Assembly (NCBI RefSeq): GCF_032444005.1
Contig: NC_091284.1
Coordinates: 172,112,001-172,176,000 of the forward strand
DNA from: Ranitomeya imitator
Lineage: Eukaryota
Direction: 5' to 3'
Length of the DNA stretch: 64,000 nucleotides
The position numbers and the translations under genes were made by a program. Shown here piece after piece: positions 12,814-24,681 of this stretch. The notes beneath the pieces are model-generated. The model ran no database searches. It saw only the letters and a list, made by a program, of their open reading frames with translations, and had not been told where the DNA came from. Every line of letters starts with the position of its first letter. The stretch's first letter is position 1.

Positions 12814-13611
12814 GTATATATATATATTTTCTTTTCTTTTTGGGACACATGGATCACTTCTATAGCGGTATGTTGGTTTTGCTAGCCTGCGAGAAAACCA
12901 CGCAGTACGGATGCCATACGGATTACATACGGAGGATGCCATGCGCAAAAAACGCTGACACACCCTGCCTACGGAGGAGCTACGGACCACTTTTTTCGGG
13001 ACTTTTCAGCGTATTACGGCCGTAATATACGGACCGTATTGTTTTACGCTGTGTGTGACGCCGGCCTAAGGGTGAGACTAAATAATTGACATGCTGCGGC
13101 TCATAAAACCACACAGCGGGTGAGTTTACGCAGCGGTAGATAGAAGCACAGTGGGCATGGGATTTCTCGAAATCCCATCCACTGTGTTTGTAACCTAGAA
13201 TGCAGCATTTTGGATGCAGCGCAGGGGAGCTGCGTGCTAAAGCTATGTGCCCACGTTGCACAAAAGAAGCAGATTTTTCTGCTTCAAATCCGCACTTCCT
13301 TGGCAAGGAAAACACTTGTGGCTTTTAATGCGTTTTTGTCTCGTTTTTGTCGCATTTTTGTTGCTTTTTTCTTGCATTTTTTCCAAGCCTTTTCCCACGC
13401 AACTCTATGGTGGCGGAATCACCACGATTCTGCAAAATTAATGAACATGCTACGTATTTTTCCGCGATGTGATTCCGCTGCAGAAAAATATGCAGCATGG
13501 GCACAGCAATTGCGGAATGCTATTAAAATTAATGGGGTGCGTTTTGTGAGCGTTTTTTAAGCATTTCCACAGCGGTAAAACGCTTTAAAAATGCAATGTG
13601 GGCACACAGCC
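10728..13611. mobile_element. Harbinger-type MITE (outer element, host of 10872-13066)
   Basis: TAA|GGCTATGTTCCCAC ... GTGGGCACACAGCC|TAA. Confidence 0.75.
10872..13066. mobile_element. Foldback Harbinger-type element (2.2 kb) with long internal inverted repeats
   Basis: TIRs GGCCG(C/G)CGTCACAC with TAA duplicated (10869-10871 and 13067-13069). Arms ~11152-11875 and ~12030-12752 are near-perfect reverse complements and give near-identical ORFs on opposite strands. Confidence 0.92.
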
Positions 13612-13774
13612 TAAATGCTGCTATTCCTGATCGTACACTAAAGAGGAGCAGGAACATCACTGGTATTCTGAAACACATAGAGAAGATTTTATTATCTACT
13701 CCTTTTATTTATTTCACCATTTTAATTGTAAAATGAAAGAAAAAGGAGATTGAGAGAGGAAGGATATGTTTTAA

Positions 13775-14530
13775 CCCCATAATGACCAGAGATATTTTTG
13801 CTTTTGCATTTTCATTTTTTCTCCCCTTCTTTCCAGAACCATAACTTTTTTATTTTTTGGTCAAAATGGCCATGTGAGGACTTATTTTTTGCAGGAAAAG
13901 TTGTACTTTTGAATAACCCTATTGATTTTACCATGATGTGAACTGGAAAACAGGAAAAAAAATTCCAAGTGCGGTGAGATTGAAAAAAGTGCAATTCCAC
14001 AATTGTTTTTTTTTTTTTTTGGTGCTTTTTTACTAGGTTCACTAAATGCTAAAACTGACCTGCTATTATAATTCTCCAGGTCATTTTGAGTTCATAGACA
14101 CCAAACATGTATAGGTTAACATTTAAAAAAATTTTTTTTTAAATTTGTTAAAAAAAATTAGTAATTTTCCCATACCCATAGCGCCGCCATTTTTTGTGAT
14201 CTCGGGTTGGGTGAGGGCTTAGTTTTTGTGTACTGAGCTGACGTTTTTAACGATAGCATTTTGGTGCAGATACAATGTTTTGATCGCCCGTTATTGCATT
14301 TTAATGCAATGTTGCGGTGACCAAAAAAACATAATTCTGGGCCAGGTTTTACTTTTTTCCTTGTTATGCCGTTTAGCGATGGGGTTAATTTTTTTTATAG
14401 TGATAGATCGGGTGATTCTGAAAGCAGTGATACCAAATATGTGTATGTTTGATTTTGTTTTTATTGTTTTACTTTGAATGGGGCAAAAGGGGTGTGATTT
14501 GAACTTTTATATGTTTTTATTAATTTTCAG
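13775..14530 (+). mobile_element. Left end of a TTAA-type (piggyBac-like) non-autonomous element
   Basis: TTAA|CCCCATAATGACC terminus, resembling TTAA|CCCCTTAACGACC at 51941. Right end not found. Confidence 0.55.
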
Positions 14531-16259
14531 TGTTTAGATTTTATTTCTAAAAATAAATATGAGTCGAAGCAGTATTCTGGAAGACTATTGATAGCAACTG
14601 GAGGATAAAAAAATGATAACCTAGGTGAAGAAAAAAACTCCTTCACAATAGTTGGCAAGATCAAAAACAACATTCTGGTGTATTTGTGACAATGTAAGCA
14701 GGTGTGGCAATGCAGTAACGCAGGGATTGCAGAACAAGGCTGTATAACAAAGTTGTTTAATTAGTTGTTAACAAAAAGGATGGAAATGGTCTCCTCGAAG
14801 GAAGCTAGTGACATTAAACTTTGAATAGTAACAAGGGCGGTAAACCAAGGGTTAATATGACAGTCTGATATGTAAATGGCAGTTATGGTGGTCTTCTCTG
14901 GTCCTCATCCGAATACAGTCTGATGGGGGTTGTAGTACTGGCATCAGCCGGTGTGGTGTCCTAAGATTAATTACAGCAACTCAAGGTCCAGCTTCTGGTG
15001 TCAATGGGAGGTCACCGGCTTTACCCGTTGAGCCCCTAGTCCATAAATCTGTGCAGCCAAAGTGGGGAGAGCTGCAGGAGTCTCTGTCCAACACGCTTGC
15101 TGGTGCTGCTGCTCGTCTTTCAGCAGAAGGGAACGCTTCTCGGGGTCTTGCGCTTGACACCCACTCCTTCGCACGAGCGGAACCCTCTGCCTAGCCGCAC
15201 TCATGGCACTCTGCATACTCACTGTCTGACTGGAGTGGTCACTTAACCTCTGCTGGGGCTCAACTCCGCTCTGCCTCTCGCGCTGCGAAGCGCATCGCAC
15301 ACTTGCCTCTGCGCTCACTGCCAGCGGGAAACTGAGAGCTCTTTCCCGCGCTTCCTGTTCACTGCCCGGCTTAGCCACGCCTCCTCTCCCTGGGTCATGG
15401 GACCTGTCTGGTCTCTCATTTGTTCCCCCGGCAACACTGGGCGCAGCCTCGGCAGTTCTGGACCTAGCACAATGCAGGCACCCACAGCCCGGTCTTTCTC
15501 CGTACACTAAGAGTCTGGCTGCAGCTTATCACTTGAGGTCGGCTGTCAGTCAGGGTCAGAGATACGGTTACAGAGGCTGCTCTGTATACTCAGAGCAATG
15601 ATTGAACTGACATCGCCCTGCCTCTATAACTGAGTACCAAATGCTGGCAATAAAGATCATTTTCTCTAGCAGCCTTCCACGACAGCCACAGGAGGTTGTC
15701 TCCATACCCTAATGGGGGACAGGAAGCACAAGAGGTTAAAAACCCCTCCCACCTCCCATTAACCAGTGTCTTTCCTGTTCCCCATGGGGCATGGAGAGGT
15801 TCTGGTGCGCTGCGCGGCCGGCTCTGCAGTGTACCTGTGTTTCTTATTTTCTGCCGGGCATTGGTGGTCGGGCCCCTGGGCTTCCTCCTCCGGTACTTGC
15901 TCCTGTCTCTTCGGATTCGGGACCGCGTTTCCCGGTCCTCCTGCGCTCCCCTTGGGGGTAAAGCGGACCGGTGAGCCCATCCCGGAGGCCTCCCTGAGCT
16001 CTCCGGCGTCTCCCCCTCCTGTGCGCGCTGTTCGGCGACCCGGAATTCACATGGTGTCTTCTACTTCCGGGTCGGCGCTCCTGCATAGGAGCGATACTGT
16101 CCAGCGAAATGGACTACTGAACGGCGTGTGAGGCACGCTGCACCCTCGCACGCCTGCCTAGGACCGCGGAGGGGGAGGGGCGGCTAATTGCCACGCACTG
16201 GTGCAGCCTTTATTTTCTATATAAGCTGCAAAGACGTCTCAGGTAAGCCTGCTATAAGC

Positions 16260-17631
16260 ATGGATTCATCTTGCCCTGCAGCTGCAGAGCCCAGCGCTCC
16301 TCAAGCCCCTGTAAGTGTGGCAGAGATGGGTCCCATTTAATGGTAGTTTTATGTATACCTTCTTACGCCGCTTCCTCTCTCATTGCAGGGAGTCAAGCCT
16401 GGCCCTAGAACAACTACTAAGCGCAAATGCGCTACCTGTAGTGTGAAAATGCCCTTAAATTGGGAGAAAAAGCTGTGCCAACCTTGTACGGATAAAATAG
16501 TCCGGGCGGAACACCCTTCATTAATTGAAGAAATTCGCTCCATGGTTAGACAAGAGGTTCAGACCTCTTTGGCCACGCTCGCCCCTCCTCCACCACCACC
16601 ACCATCCTCACCTGGTCCATCACTTCCCAAAAAGAGGAAAATCCAGGAATATTCCGGGTCAGAGTCTGAAGACTCTTCAGTCAAATGGGAAGATGTGTTA
16701 CCCCATAAATCTGCGGAAGTCAGGAAATATCTGTTTTCATCTGAATACATTGAGGAATTGGTGTCTGCAGTGAGAAATACTATGGGGCTAAAGGAGGAAC
16801 CAGTTCCTCAGTGTATACAAGACGAGTTATTCGGTATACATTCCGAAAAGCAACCAGGTTTCCCCGTACATAGAAGTATCATAGACATGATTAACAACGA
16901 GTGGGAACTACCTGAGAAACGGCTATCACCAATCGGACTTTAAAAAACGGTTTCCTCTAGATGAGGATTCAATCAAATGGAACATCCCCAAGATAGACGT
17001 TCAGGTGGCTAGAGTGGCTATGAAGACGGCACTGCCGTTAGAAGATTCTTCCCAATTAAAGGACCCTTTAGATAGGAAGATTGAGAGCCTTCTCAAAAAG
17101 TCCTGGGAAACGTCTACCTCGGCCCTCAGATTTAATATTGCATCCACCTGTGTGGCCCGCTCTCTCTTCTGCTGGATAGAAGAGCTAGAAAACCACATCT
17201 CTCAGGGTACCCCGCGAGAGGAAGTGTTGGATTCCTTGCCTATTTTACATAGAGCAACTGGATTCCTTGCGGACGCCTCACTTGAGTCTATCCGTGTGGC
17301 CGTCAGATTTCTAGTCCAAACGAATTCAGCCAGAAGGGCTCTCTGGTTAAAAATGTGGAGTGGAGATGTCACCTCAAAAATAAAGCTGTGTTCTATCCCC
17401 TTTAAGGGTGATTATGTGTTTGGGTCCTCACTGGATGACATCCTAGAGAAAGCCACGGACCGAAAGAAAACTCTTCCTGAACAAAGACCTCCCAGGAAGC
17501 GTTTTTTTCGACCCTCCCAGTCTCAGCCCTCCCAGGGTAAAGGGAAAGGAAAATCCGGGAGGTGGAGTTATGCTAAGGGGAAACCCAAGAATATCCTTAT
17601 TCCCCAACAAACTCAGCAAGAAAAACAATGA
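16260..17631 (+). pseudogene. gag: DIRS ORF1 (Gag-like; Cys motif plus LAP2alpha-like domain), with a predicted intron at 16311-16388 and a frameshift near 16935
   Basis: Motifs KRKCATC...KKLCQPC and VARVAMKTALPLEDSSQLKDPLDRKIESLLKKSW. The two ORF pieces (16383-16943 and 17005-17631) join after a 1-nt shift. Confidence 0.8.
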
Positions 17632-19519
17632 CTCCGATCCGGTGGGGGGGAGGCTTTCGAACTTTGTTCTCAGTTTGCAAAATATCTCCAACAGCCCTTG
17701 GGTAGTAAGTGTAATCCAGCAGGGTCTTCTCATAGAGTTCGATGCGCCTCCTCCCAGGATCTTAAGAGTCACCTCCCCGTCATCTCGGGAGACTCAAAAA
17801 CTGATGATGGCAGGAATACAGGACTTACTAGACTCGAGAGCTATTTCCGTGGTCCCGGTAAACGAGCGGGGAAAGGTCACTATTCCCGTATCTTCATGGT
17901 AAAAAAGCCTTCCGGGCAGGCTCGGATTATAATAAATCTAAAAGTTCTCAACAAATACATAACTTACCGCAAATTCAAAATGGAGTCAGTAAAAACAGCC
18001 ATTCCTCTGATAGCTCCTCATTCCTATATGGCGACAATAGATCTCAAAGATGCCTATTTCCATATTCCAATGCATCCTCGCCACAGGAAATACCTGAGAT
18101 TTGCGGTCCAGATCAATCAAAAGGTCCTACACTTCCAATACAATGTTCTTCCCTTCGGCATCTCCTCGACCCCAAGGGTTTTCTCCAGAGTCATGGCAGA
18201 AGCTGTAGATCACATCAGGAACCAAGACGTCGCTATAGTGCCATACTTGGACGACCTTCTAGTAATTGGTCCTTCACCCGAAATTCTCAATCAGAGGATT
18301 TCCAAAACTATGGATATCTTACAGCTTTTGGGTTGGATACCCAATCTAAGCAAGTCCCAACTATTACCATCAAAGGTGATAAAATTTCTCGGAGTCCTTT
18401 TGGACTCGGAAAATCAAAAATCTTTCCTTCCAGAGGAACACCAGAGGAACCTGATATCCAAGATCCTAGACTTCAAAAAACAACGGTCTCCGACTCTGCG
18501 GACTGCAATGTCTCTTCTGGGGTTGATGACGGCCTGTATACAATCAGTCCAGTGGGCTCAAAGCCACTCCAGAGTTCTGCAGACACACATTCTAGGAAAT
18601 TGGAACGGAAATCCAAATTCCTTGAACAGGAGAGTGTACACTCCAGGGAAGGTAAAGGCCTCGTTAACCTGGTGGGCGATCCAAAAAAACCTGCTAAGAG
18701 GAGTAGACTGGATACAAGATCCACTGGTGACAGTGACAACAGATGCCAGTCAAAGAGGTTGGGGAGCAGTTGTCTCGCAGATCCCGTTCCAGGGTCTCTG
18801 GAATCAGAAAGAAAGTTCCAGGTCCTCCAACTTCAGAGAATTGATGGCTGTGGAGAGGGCCCTTCTGGCCTCCAGCAGTCTTATTCTAGGTCAACATGTC
18901 AGAGTTTACAGACAATATCACGACTGTGGCACATCTAAAGCACCAGGGGAGCTCGAAGTTCAATCATTTGAAGACAATATCGAACAGAATTTTTTGCTGT
19001 GCAGAGAAACATCTCCTCTCTCTATCAGCAATACACCTCAAGGGATCCGTAAATACTCATGCAGATCTCCTGAGCCATCGCGACTTGCATCCAAGAGAAT
19101 GGAGCCTGAAGGCGGATGTTTTCAGAGTGTTGACGGACAGATGGGGACTTCCCGACATAGATCTTCTAGCATCAAGCCAGAATGCACAGGTCGAGAACTA
19201 CTTCTCTCTAGACCCCAGAGACAGGTCTCAAGGAGTAGACGCTTTTGCTCATTCTTGGAGATTCCGTCTAGCGTACGTGTTTCCTCCAATACCGTTGCTT
19301 GCAAAGACCCTCCGGAAGATCCGAGACGATCAAGTCCAGACTATTCTAGTAGCTCCGGCATGGCCAAAGAGAAGTTGGTATCACCTCATCAGAGAACTGA
19401 AGGTGGATGGTCCGGTCTTTCTCCAGACATCAGAAGATCTACTCTGCCAGGGCCCCTTTTATCATCCGGAACCGCAAAAGTTCAAGCTGGCAGCCTGGCT
19501 ATTGAAGCCCAGGTATTAA
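17627..19519 (+). pseudogene. pol: DIRS ORF2: RT, RNase H and methyltransferase-like domain, with frameshifts at ~17875 and ~18912
   Basis: IDLKDAYFH, LPFG, YLDDLLV, TTDASQRGWG, NFRELMAV, TDNITTVAHL, DIDLLAS...AYVFPP...LVAPAWPKRSWY. Confidence 0.9.
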
Positions 19520-20481
19520 GAGCTAAAGGTCTCTCGGAATCAGTAATTTCTACTTTACAAAAATCTAGAAAACCTGTCACCAATGCTATATATAGCAAAA
19601 TTTGGAAGAGATTCTCCTCGTGGTGTCATCCTCATAATCCTGACCCTTTCCATCCTAATCACTCTCAAATATTAGACTTTCTACAAAAAGGATTGGAGTT
19701 GGGGCTGAAGCCAAGTACCTTAAAGGTCCAAGTGTCAGCTTTGAGTTCTGTCTTCGACCAAGACCTGGCAGGACATCGTTGGATAAAAAGATTTATGGTT
19801 GCAGCATCAAGGCATTGTCCAAGAAAACAAATCTTTGTGCCATCATGGGACTTAAACATAGTTCTAAAGGGTCTTATGGCTCCTCCATTTGAGCCATTAT
19901 CATCTTGTTCCTCACAGCTTCTGTCCTGCAAGACTGCCTTCTTAGTTGCAATTTCTACTGCAAGAAGAGTGGGGGAAATACAAGCTCTCTCAATCAGAGA
20001 ACCTTATCTTACTATAAGAGACGATTCCATTGAGTTCCGACTAGATCCATGTTTCCTTCCGAAGGTAGTGTCAGAATTTCATCGATCACAGGATATAGTC
20101 CTTCCATCATTCTGTCACAATCCTTCAAACCCGGAACAAACCAAATCCTTCAGAATTGACAAAAATCTCTTCGTTCATCTATCTGGCCGAAACAAGGGCA
20201 AGAAGGTAGCGAAGAGTACCATTGCCAACTGGATAAAGAAGGCCATTACTGAAGCATACCTAGCTCAGAATATTGCAATTCCTGCGGGCCTAAAGGCTCA
20301 TTCCACCAGATCTACTTCCGTCTCTTGGGCTGAAAGGGCTGGCGCTTCAACAGAGCAGATTTGCAGAGCTGCAACATGGTCTTCTCTACACACATTTACT
20401 AAGCATTATAGATTGGACTTCTGGTCCAATCGGGATCTTCCCTTTGGCCGAAAGGTTCTTCAGGCTGTGGTCCCTCCCTAA
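19099..20481 (+). CDS. DIRS ORF3 tyrosine recombinase (overlaps ORF2; apparent internal deletion)
   Basis: Motifs STARRVGEIQAL, AHSTRS and TFTKHY. The HTLDVRR..YL segment present in the second DIRS copy is missing between NPSNPEQ and TKSFRID. Confidence 0.85.
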   Translation: MEPEGGCFQSVDGQMGTSRHRSSSIKPECTGRELLLSRPQRQVSRSRRFCSFLEIPSSVRVSSNTVACKDPPEDPRRSSPDYSSSSGMAKEKLVSPHQRTEGGWSGLSPDIRRSTLPGPLLSSGTAKVQAGSLAIEAQVLRAKGLSESVISTLQKSRKPVTNAIYSKIWKRFSSWCHPHNPDPFHPNHSQILDFLQKGLELGLKPSTLKVQVSALSSVFDQDLAGHRWIKRFMVAASRHCPRKQIFVPSWDLNIVLKGLMAPPFEPLSSCSSQLLSCKTAFLVAISTARRVGEIQALSIREPYLTIRDDSIEFRLDPCFLPKVVSEFHRSQDIVLPSFCHNPSNPEQTKSFRIDKNLFVHLSGRNKGKKVAKSTIANWIKKAITEAYLAQNIAIPAGLKAHSTRSTSVSWAERAGASTEQICRAATWSSLHTFTKHYRLDFWSNRDLPFGRKVLQAVVPP

Positions 20482-20804
20482 ATTCAGAATTGGTTGGCAT
20501 TCCTCCTGTGGCTGTCGTGGAAGGCTGCTAGAGAAAATAGAATTATTCTTACCATTAATTCGGTTTCTAGGAGCCTTCCACGACAGCATTAATTCCCTCC
20601 TGATGTTCTTGGATATTTAGTCTGAGAACCTAAAGGTAACCGGTGCTATGGGTTCAGTTGTAAGTCACTGGTTAATGGGAGGTGGGAGGGGTTTTTAACC
20701 TCTTGTGCTTCCTGTCCCCCATTAGGGTATGGAGACAACCTCCTGTGGCTGTCGTGGAAGGCTCCTAGAAACCGAATTAACGGTAAGAATAATTCTATTT
20801 TCTC

Positions 20805-20915
20805 CCCGCTGCATTCAGCTACATGCAGGCACGAGGCAGCATAATAACACTGTTAACCTGCAGATTAACCCCATAACTGCAGGTTAACAGCGTTATTTCT
20901 GGTGACAAGATCCCT
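20805..20915. mobile_element. Right end of a Kolobok/T2-type MITE that hosts the DIRS
   Basis: Ends TGACAAGATCCCT|TTAA. Internal hairpin AATAACACTGTTAACCTGCAG...CTGCAGGTTAACAGCGTTATT. Confidence 0.5.
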
Positions 20916-21585
20916 TTAACGTGTGCGCATACCCTTAGACTGCTTTCACATATTAAGCAGCCATATTTATCACACCAAGACAAAGCTAAATGTACTGCAG
21001 CAGGGGCGGACACAGACTGCAGAGGGCCCCTGTGCAAGAAATCTTCCCGGGCCCCCCCCCATAGCGCAACAAAGTTATGTAAACATATAGGCAGGGGTGA
21101 GATTCAAATTTTTAACAGGTTCTGTGTTTGTGTAGGAAAACCACACCCATTTTGTAAGCCACACCCATTTACACACACCTTTTCCTCAAACATGTACAAG
21201 TAGGGGCGAAGTTAAACCATACCTCCCAACTTTTGAAGAGGGGAAAGAGGGATAAAGTTTGCGGCGCGTGCAGCGGCAAATTTTAAGCCACGCCTCTGAC
21301 CACACCCATTTCACAACTAGTCATACCCATATCCACATCCGAACCACAGCCATTTAGCATTGCTGATCACACTGTTTCACAAACAGTAATTATAAACAAA
21401 AAAATATGGCCACACAGTGCTCCATATTGTATAATGGCCACACATGATGCTCCATAATGTATAATGGCCACACATGATGCTTCATACTGTATAACGGCCA
21501 TACAGTGCTCCATACTGTATAATGGCCACACATAATGCTCCATACTGTATAATGACCACATATGATGCTCCATTTATATATATAA

Positions 21586-22567
21586 CTAGATTGTGGCCCG
21601 ATTCTAACGCATCGGGTATTCTAGAATATGCATGGCCCCGTAGAATATGGACAATGATGAGTCCAGAATTCGCGGCAGACTGTGCCCGTCGCTGATTGGT
21701 CGAGGCAACCTTTATGACATCATCATCGCCATGCTGTGCCCATCTCTGATTGGTCGAGGCCTGGTGGCCTCGACCAATCAGAGACGCGGGATTTCCAGGA
21801 CAGACAGACAGACAGACAGACAGACTATCACTGAAATGCTATATGCAGGTCATTTTGGGGCAGGGTTGAAATTCAGTGGGGATAGGGTTTTTGTGATTAA
21901 GCTAATTCCCATGGCGAGGTATTCTTTTGCAATTCATCCGATCATTCATCATAACAATCTAGAGTTACTGAAAATTGCCACTATAACATGTGAACATGTG
22001 TTTATGTGCTGCATGTATACCAACTCGAACCAAGCTCAATTTTAGTGTTTTTTCTTTGCATTTTTGCATTCTGTGCAAGCCAGGATGTGGCCTCCCTCTT
22101 CTGAGCTGGAAATTACATTTAAAGGCTTCCCCAGACAGGTGTCCACAGGTTGCGACCCGATCCTTTTGTCTGCCCTTATTCACACACTGAGATCAACTCT
22201 GACACATGGTAAAGGTTTTTAATATTAAACAGTGTGGGACCGCCCTGATCAGAGTCACCTTGATGGTGGGATGGCTTTTATGCTATTTTATGCTATTTTT
22301 GATTGGTCGAGGCAACCTTTATGACATCATCGTCGCCATGGCAACCATTATGACATCATCGTCGTTGTGCCCGTTGCTGATTGGTCGAGGCCTGGCGGCC
22401 TCGACCAATCAGAGACGCGGGATTTCTACGTCGATGCTGTGCCGGTCTCTGATTGGTCGAGGCCTGGCGGCCTCGACCAATCAGAGAGCCGGGATTTCCA
22501 GGACACACAGACAGACAGAAAGACAGACAGACAGACGGAAAAACCCTTAGGCAATTATATATATAGA
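21586..22567 (-). mobile_element. Non-autonomous Helitron (composite) nested in the hAT element
   Basis: On the minus strand: A|TCTATATATATAATTG 5' end, and a 3' hairpin plus CTAG|T matching the 3' end at 10415-10446. Two Helitron segments flank ~470 bp of unrelated DNA. Confidence 0.75.
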
Positions 22568-22674
22568 TTGTCTAAGGGTTTTTCCGTCTGTCTGTCTGTC
22601 TGTCCTGGAAATCCCACGTCCCTGATTGGTCGATGCCGCCAATCAGCAACGGGCACAGCGACGATGATGTCTCT

Positions 22675-23262
22675 CTCTGTACACCTCATACACACACACG
22701 GCTCCGCTCCGTACACCTCATTCACACACGGTTCCGCTCCGAACACCTCAAACACACACGGCTCCACTCCGTACATCTCATATACACACATGGCTCCGCT
22801 CCGTACACCTCATACACACACGGCTCCGCTCCGTACACCTCATACACACACACGGCTTCCCTCCGTACACCTCATACACACACGGCTCTGCTCCGTACAC
22901 CTCATTCACACACACGGTTCCGCTCCGCACACCTCAAACACACACACGGCTCCGCTCCGTACACCTCATTCACACACACGGTTCCGCTCCGCACACCTCA
23001 AACACACACACGGCTCTGCTCCGTACACCTCATACACACACACGGCTCCGCTCCGTACACCTCATACACACACACGGCTTCCCTCCGTACACCTCATACA
23101 CACACGCGGCTTCCCTCCGTACACCTCATACACACACACGGCTCTGCTCCGTACACCTCATACACACACGGCTTTGCTCCGTACACCTCATACACACACA
23201 CACTGCTCCGCTCCGTACACCTCATACACACACGGCTCCGCTCCATACACCTCATACACACA
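22675..23262. repeat. Minisatellite, ~30-33 bp unit (CTCCGCTCCGTACACCTCATACACACACACGG-like)
   Basis: Tandem units with variable (CA)n; these generate the spurious His/Thr-rich ORFs. Confidence 0.9.
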
Positions 23263-23413
23263 CATGGGGGCCCCCTCCCACTCTGGGCCCCTGTGCGGTT
23301 GCACAGGTTGAACAGGCGGTATGTCCGCCCATGTACTGCAGGATGCAATTCTACATCTTTTTCATCTTTGTTGCACATTTTTTATCTTTTGCAGGATGCA
23401 GCCAGGCCATTTA

Positions 23414-23815
23414 GGGTATGTGCACACGTTGCGGATTCTCTGCGGATCCGCAGCGTTTTTTGAGGTGCAGAAACGCTGCAGATCCGCAATTGATTTACAG
23501 TACAATGTAAATCAATGAGAAAAAAAATGCTCTGCACACTTTGCGGAAAATCCGCTGCGGAAACGCTGCGGTTTAAAAGAAGTAGCATGTCACTTCTTTT
23601 TTGGGAATCTGCAGCGTTTTTGTACCCATTCCATTATAGAAAACCGCAGGGGTAAAAAACGCAGCAAATCCGCAAGAAAACCACAGCAAAAACGCACAAA
23701 AAACGCTGCGGAACCGCACAAAATAGCAACAAATCCGCAGGTGCGTTTTCTGCCAGGAGAGGCAGAATCCGCACCAGAAATTCCTAAGCCTAATCTGCAA
23801 CGTGTGCACATAGCC
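23414..23815. mobile_element. Harbinger-type MITE
   Basis: TIRs GG(G/C)TATGTGCACACGTTGC. TTA duplicated at 23411-23413 and 23816-23818. Confidence 0.92.
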
Positions 23816-24237
23816 TTATTGTTGGCTTTTTTATGAATAGGGGTGTCTGTCCCTGTATGGAGCACTTACATAGTGCTGGACAGCCCGCCTGATCTGATAG
23901 TATGGGTGTCACTAGTAGGCTGTAAGCCAGACACTGTGCACTGCACTTGTCTGTGTAGCATTTGTAATACCACTGGCTTCATGAAAGTTAGGGGTGTGAG
24001 TTGCTATTTCCTCAGTATTTTATGTCCTTTTCTGTGAGATGATTTTGTAGAATGGCACAGGGTGGTAGTCGGCGAGGAACTGATTCCCGTCACCCGGACA
24101 CACTACATGGAAGACACGGTCCTGGTTGGGTGTATGGACTTTGGTATTGCGGGCTGTGTGTTCATGCAAGTCATATGCTGCCACTGTTCTCGGCTAGCCA
24201 GGACTACACAAATCGAGAGATCAATAGTTCGTCTTAA

Positions 24238-24680
24238 AGTGAACCTGTCACCCCGTTTTTTGAGATTGAGATATAAATACTGTTAAATAGGGCCTGCGCT
24301 GTGTGTTACTATAGTGTATGTAGTGTACCCCGATTCCCCACCTATGCTGAGAAATAACTTACCAAAGTCGCCGTTTTCGCCTGTCAATCAGGCTGGTCAG
24401 GTCGGGAGGGCGTGTTCACAGCGCTGGTTCTTCCTCAGCTTTACGTTGGTGGCGTAGTGGTGTCCGCATGTTGAGGTGACTAATCCACTGTGGGCACGTG
24501 AACAAGCAGCGCGCGATCTCCGCTGTCATCCCTTTCGTTGGTGGGGGCGGCCATCTTCCTGGGGCCGCGCGTGCGCAGATCGAGTGCTCTGCTGCACGGG
24601 GCTTCAGGAAAATGGCCACGGGATGCTGCGCGTGCGCATTAGAGATCGCGGCGGCCATTTTCCCAAAGGCGAGTTTGCAT
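24238..24680. mobile_element. Kolobok/T2-type MITE, left fragment
   Basis: TTAA|AGTGAACCTGTCA terminus; truncated at the SINE. Confidence 0.6.
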
Positions 24681-24681
24681 C

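Larger units (their letters stand above)
15661..20801 (+). mobile_element. Full-length DIRS1-like tyrosine-recombinase retrotransposon (defective)
   Basis: Left ITR 15661-~15768 and right ITR ~20666-20801. The ICR (~20501-20588) is complementary to both termini. Contains gag, RT-RNaseH-MT and YR frames. No TSD. Confidence 0.95.
21001..23333. mobile_element. Non-autonomous hAT-type element
   Basis: TIRs CAGGGGCGGACA / TGTCCGCCCATG. 8-bp TSD TACTGCAG (20993-21000 and 23334-23341). Confidence 0.9.

Noticed and set aside
15001-15507. GC-rich block with a 168-aa minus-strand ORF
   Set aside because: No domain or termini recognised. It is probably a TE 5' or LTR remnant, but I cannot classify it.
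17698-20481. 927-aa ORF that looks like an RT-RNaseH-tyrosine recombinase fusion
   Set aside because: A ~2-nt deletion near 18912 (VY-TDNIT) drops the RT/RNase H frame into the naturally overlapping YR frame, and the true continuation is ORF 18896-19519. It is a decay artefact, not a novel fusion.
22367-23463. His/Thr-rich ORFs (314 and 276 aa)
   Set aside because: Translations of the ~32-bp minisatellite.
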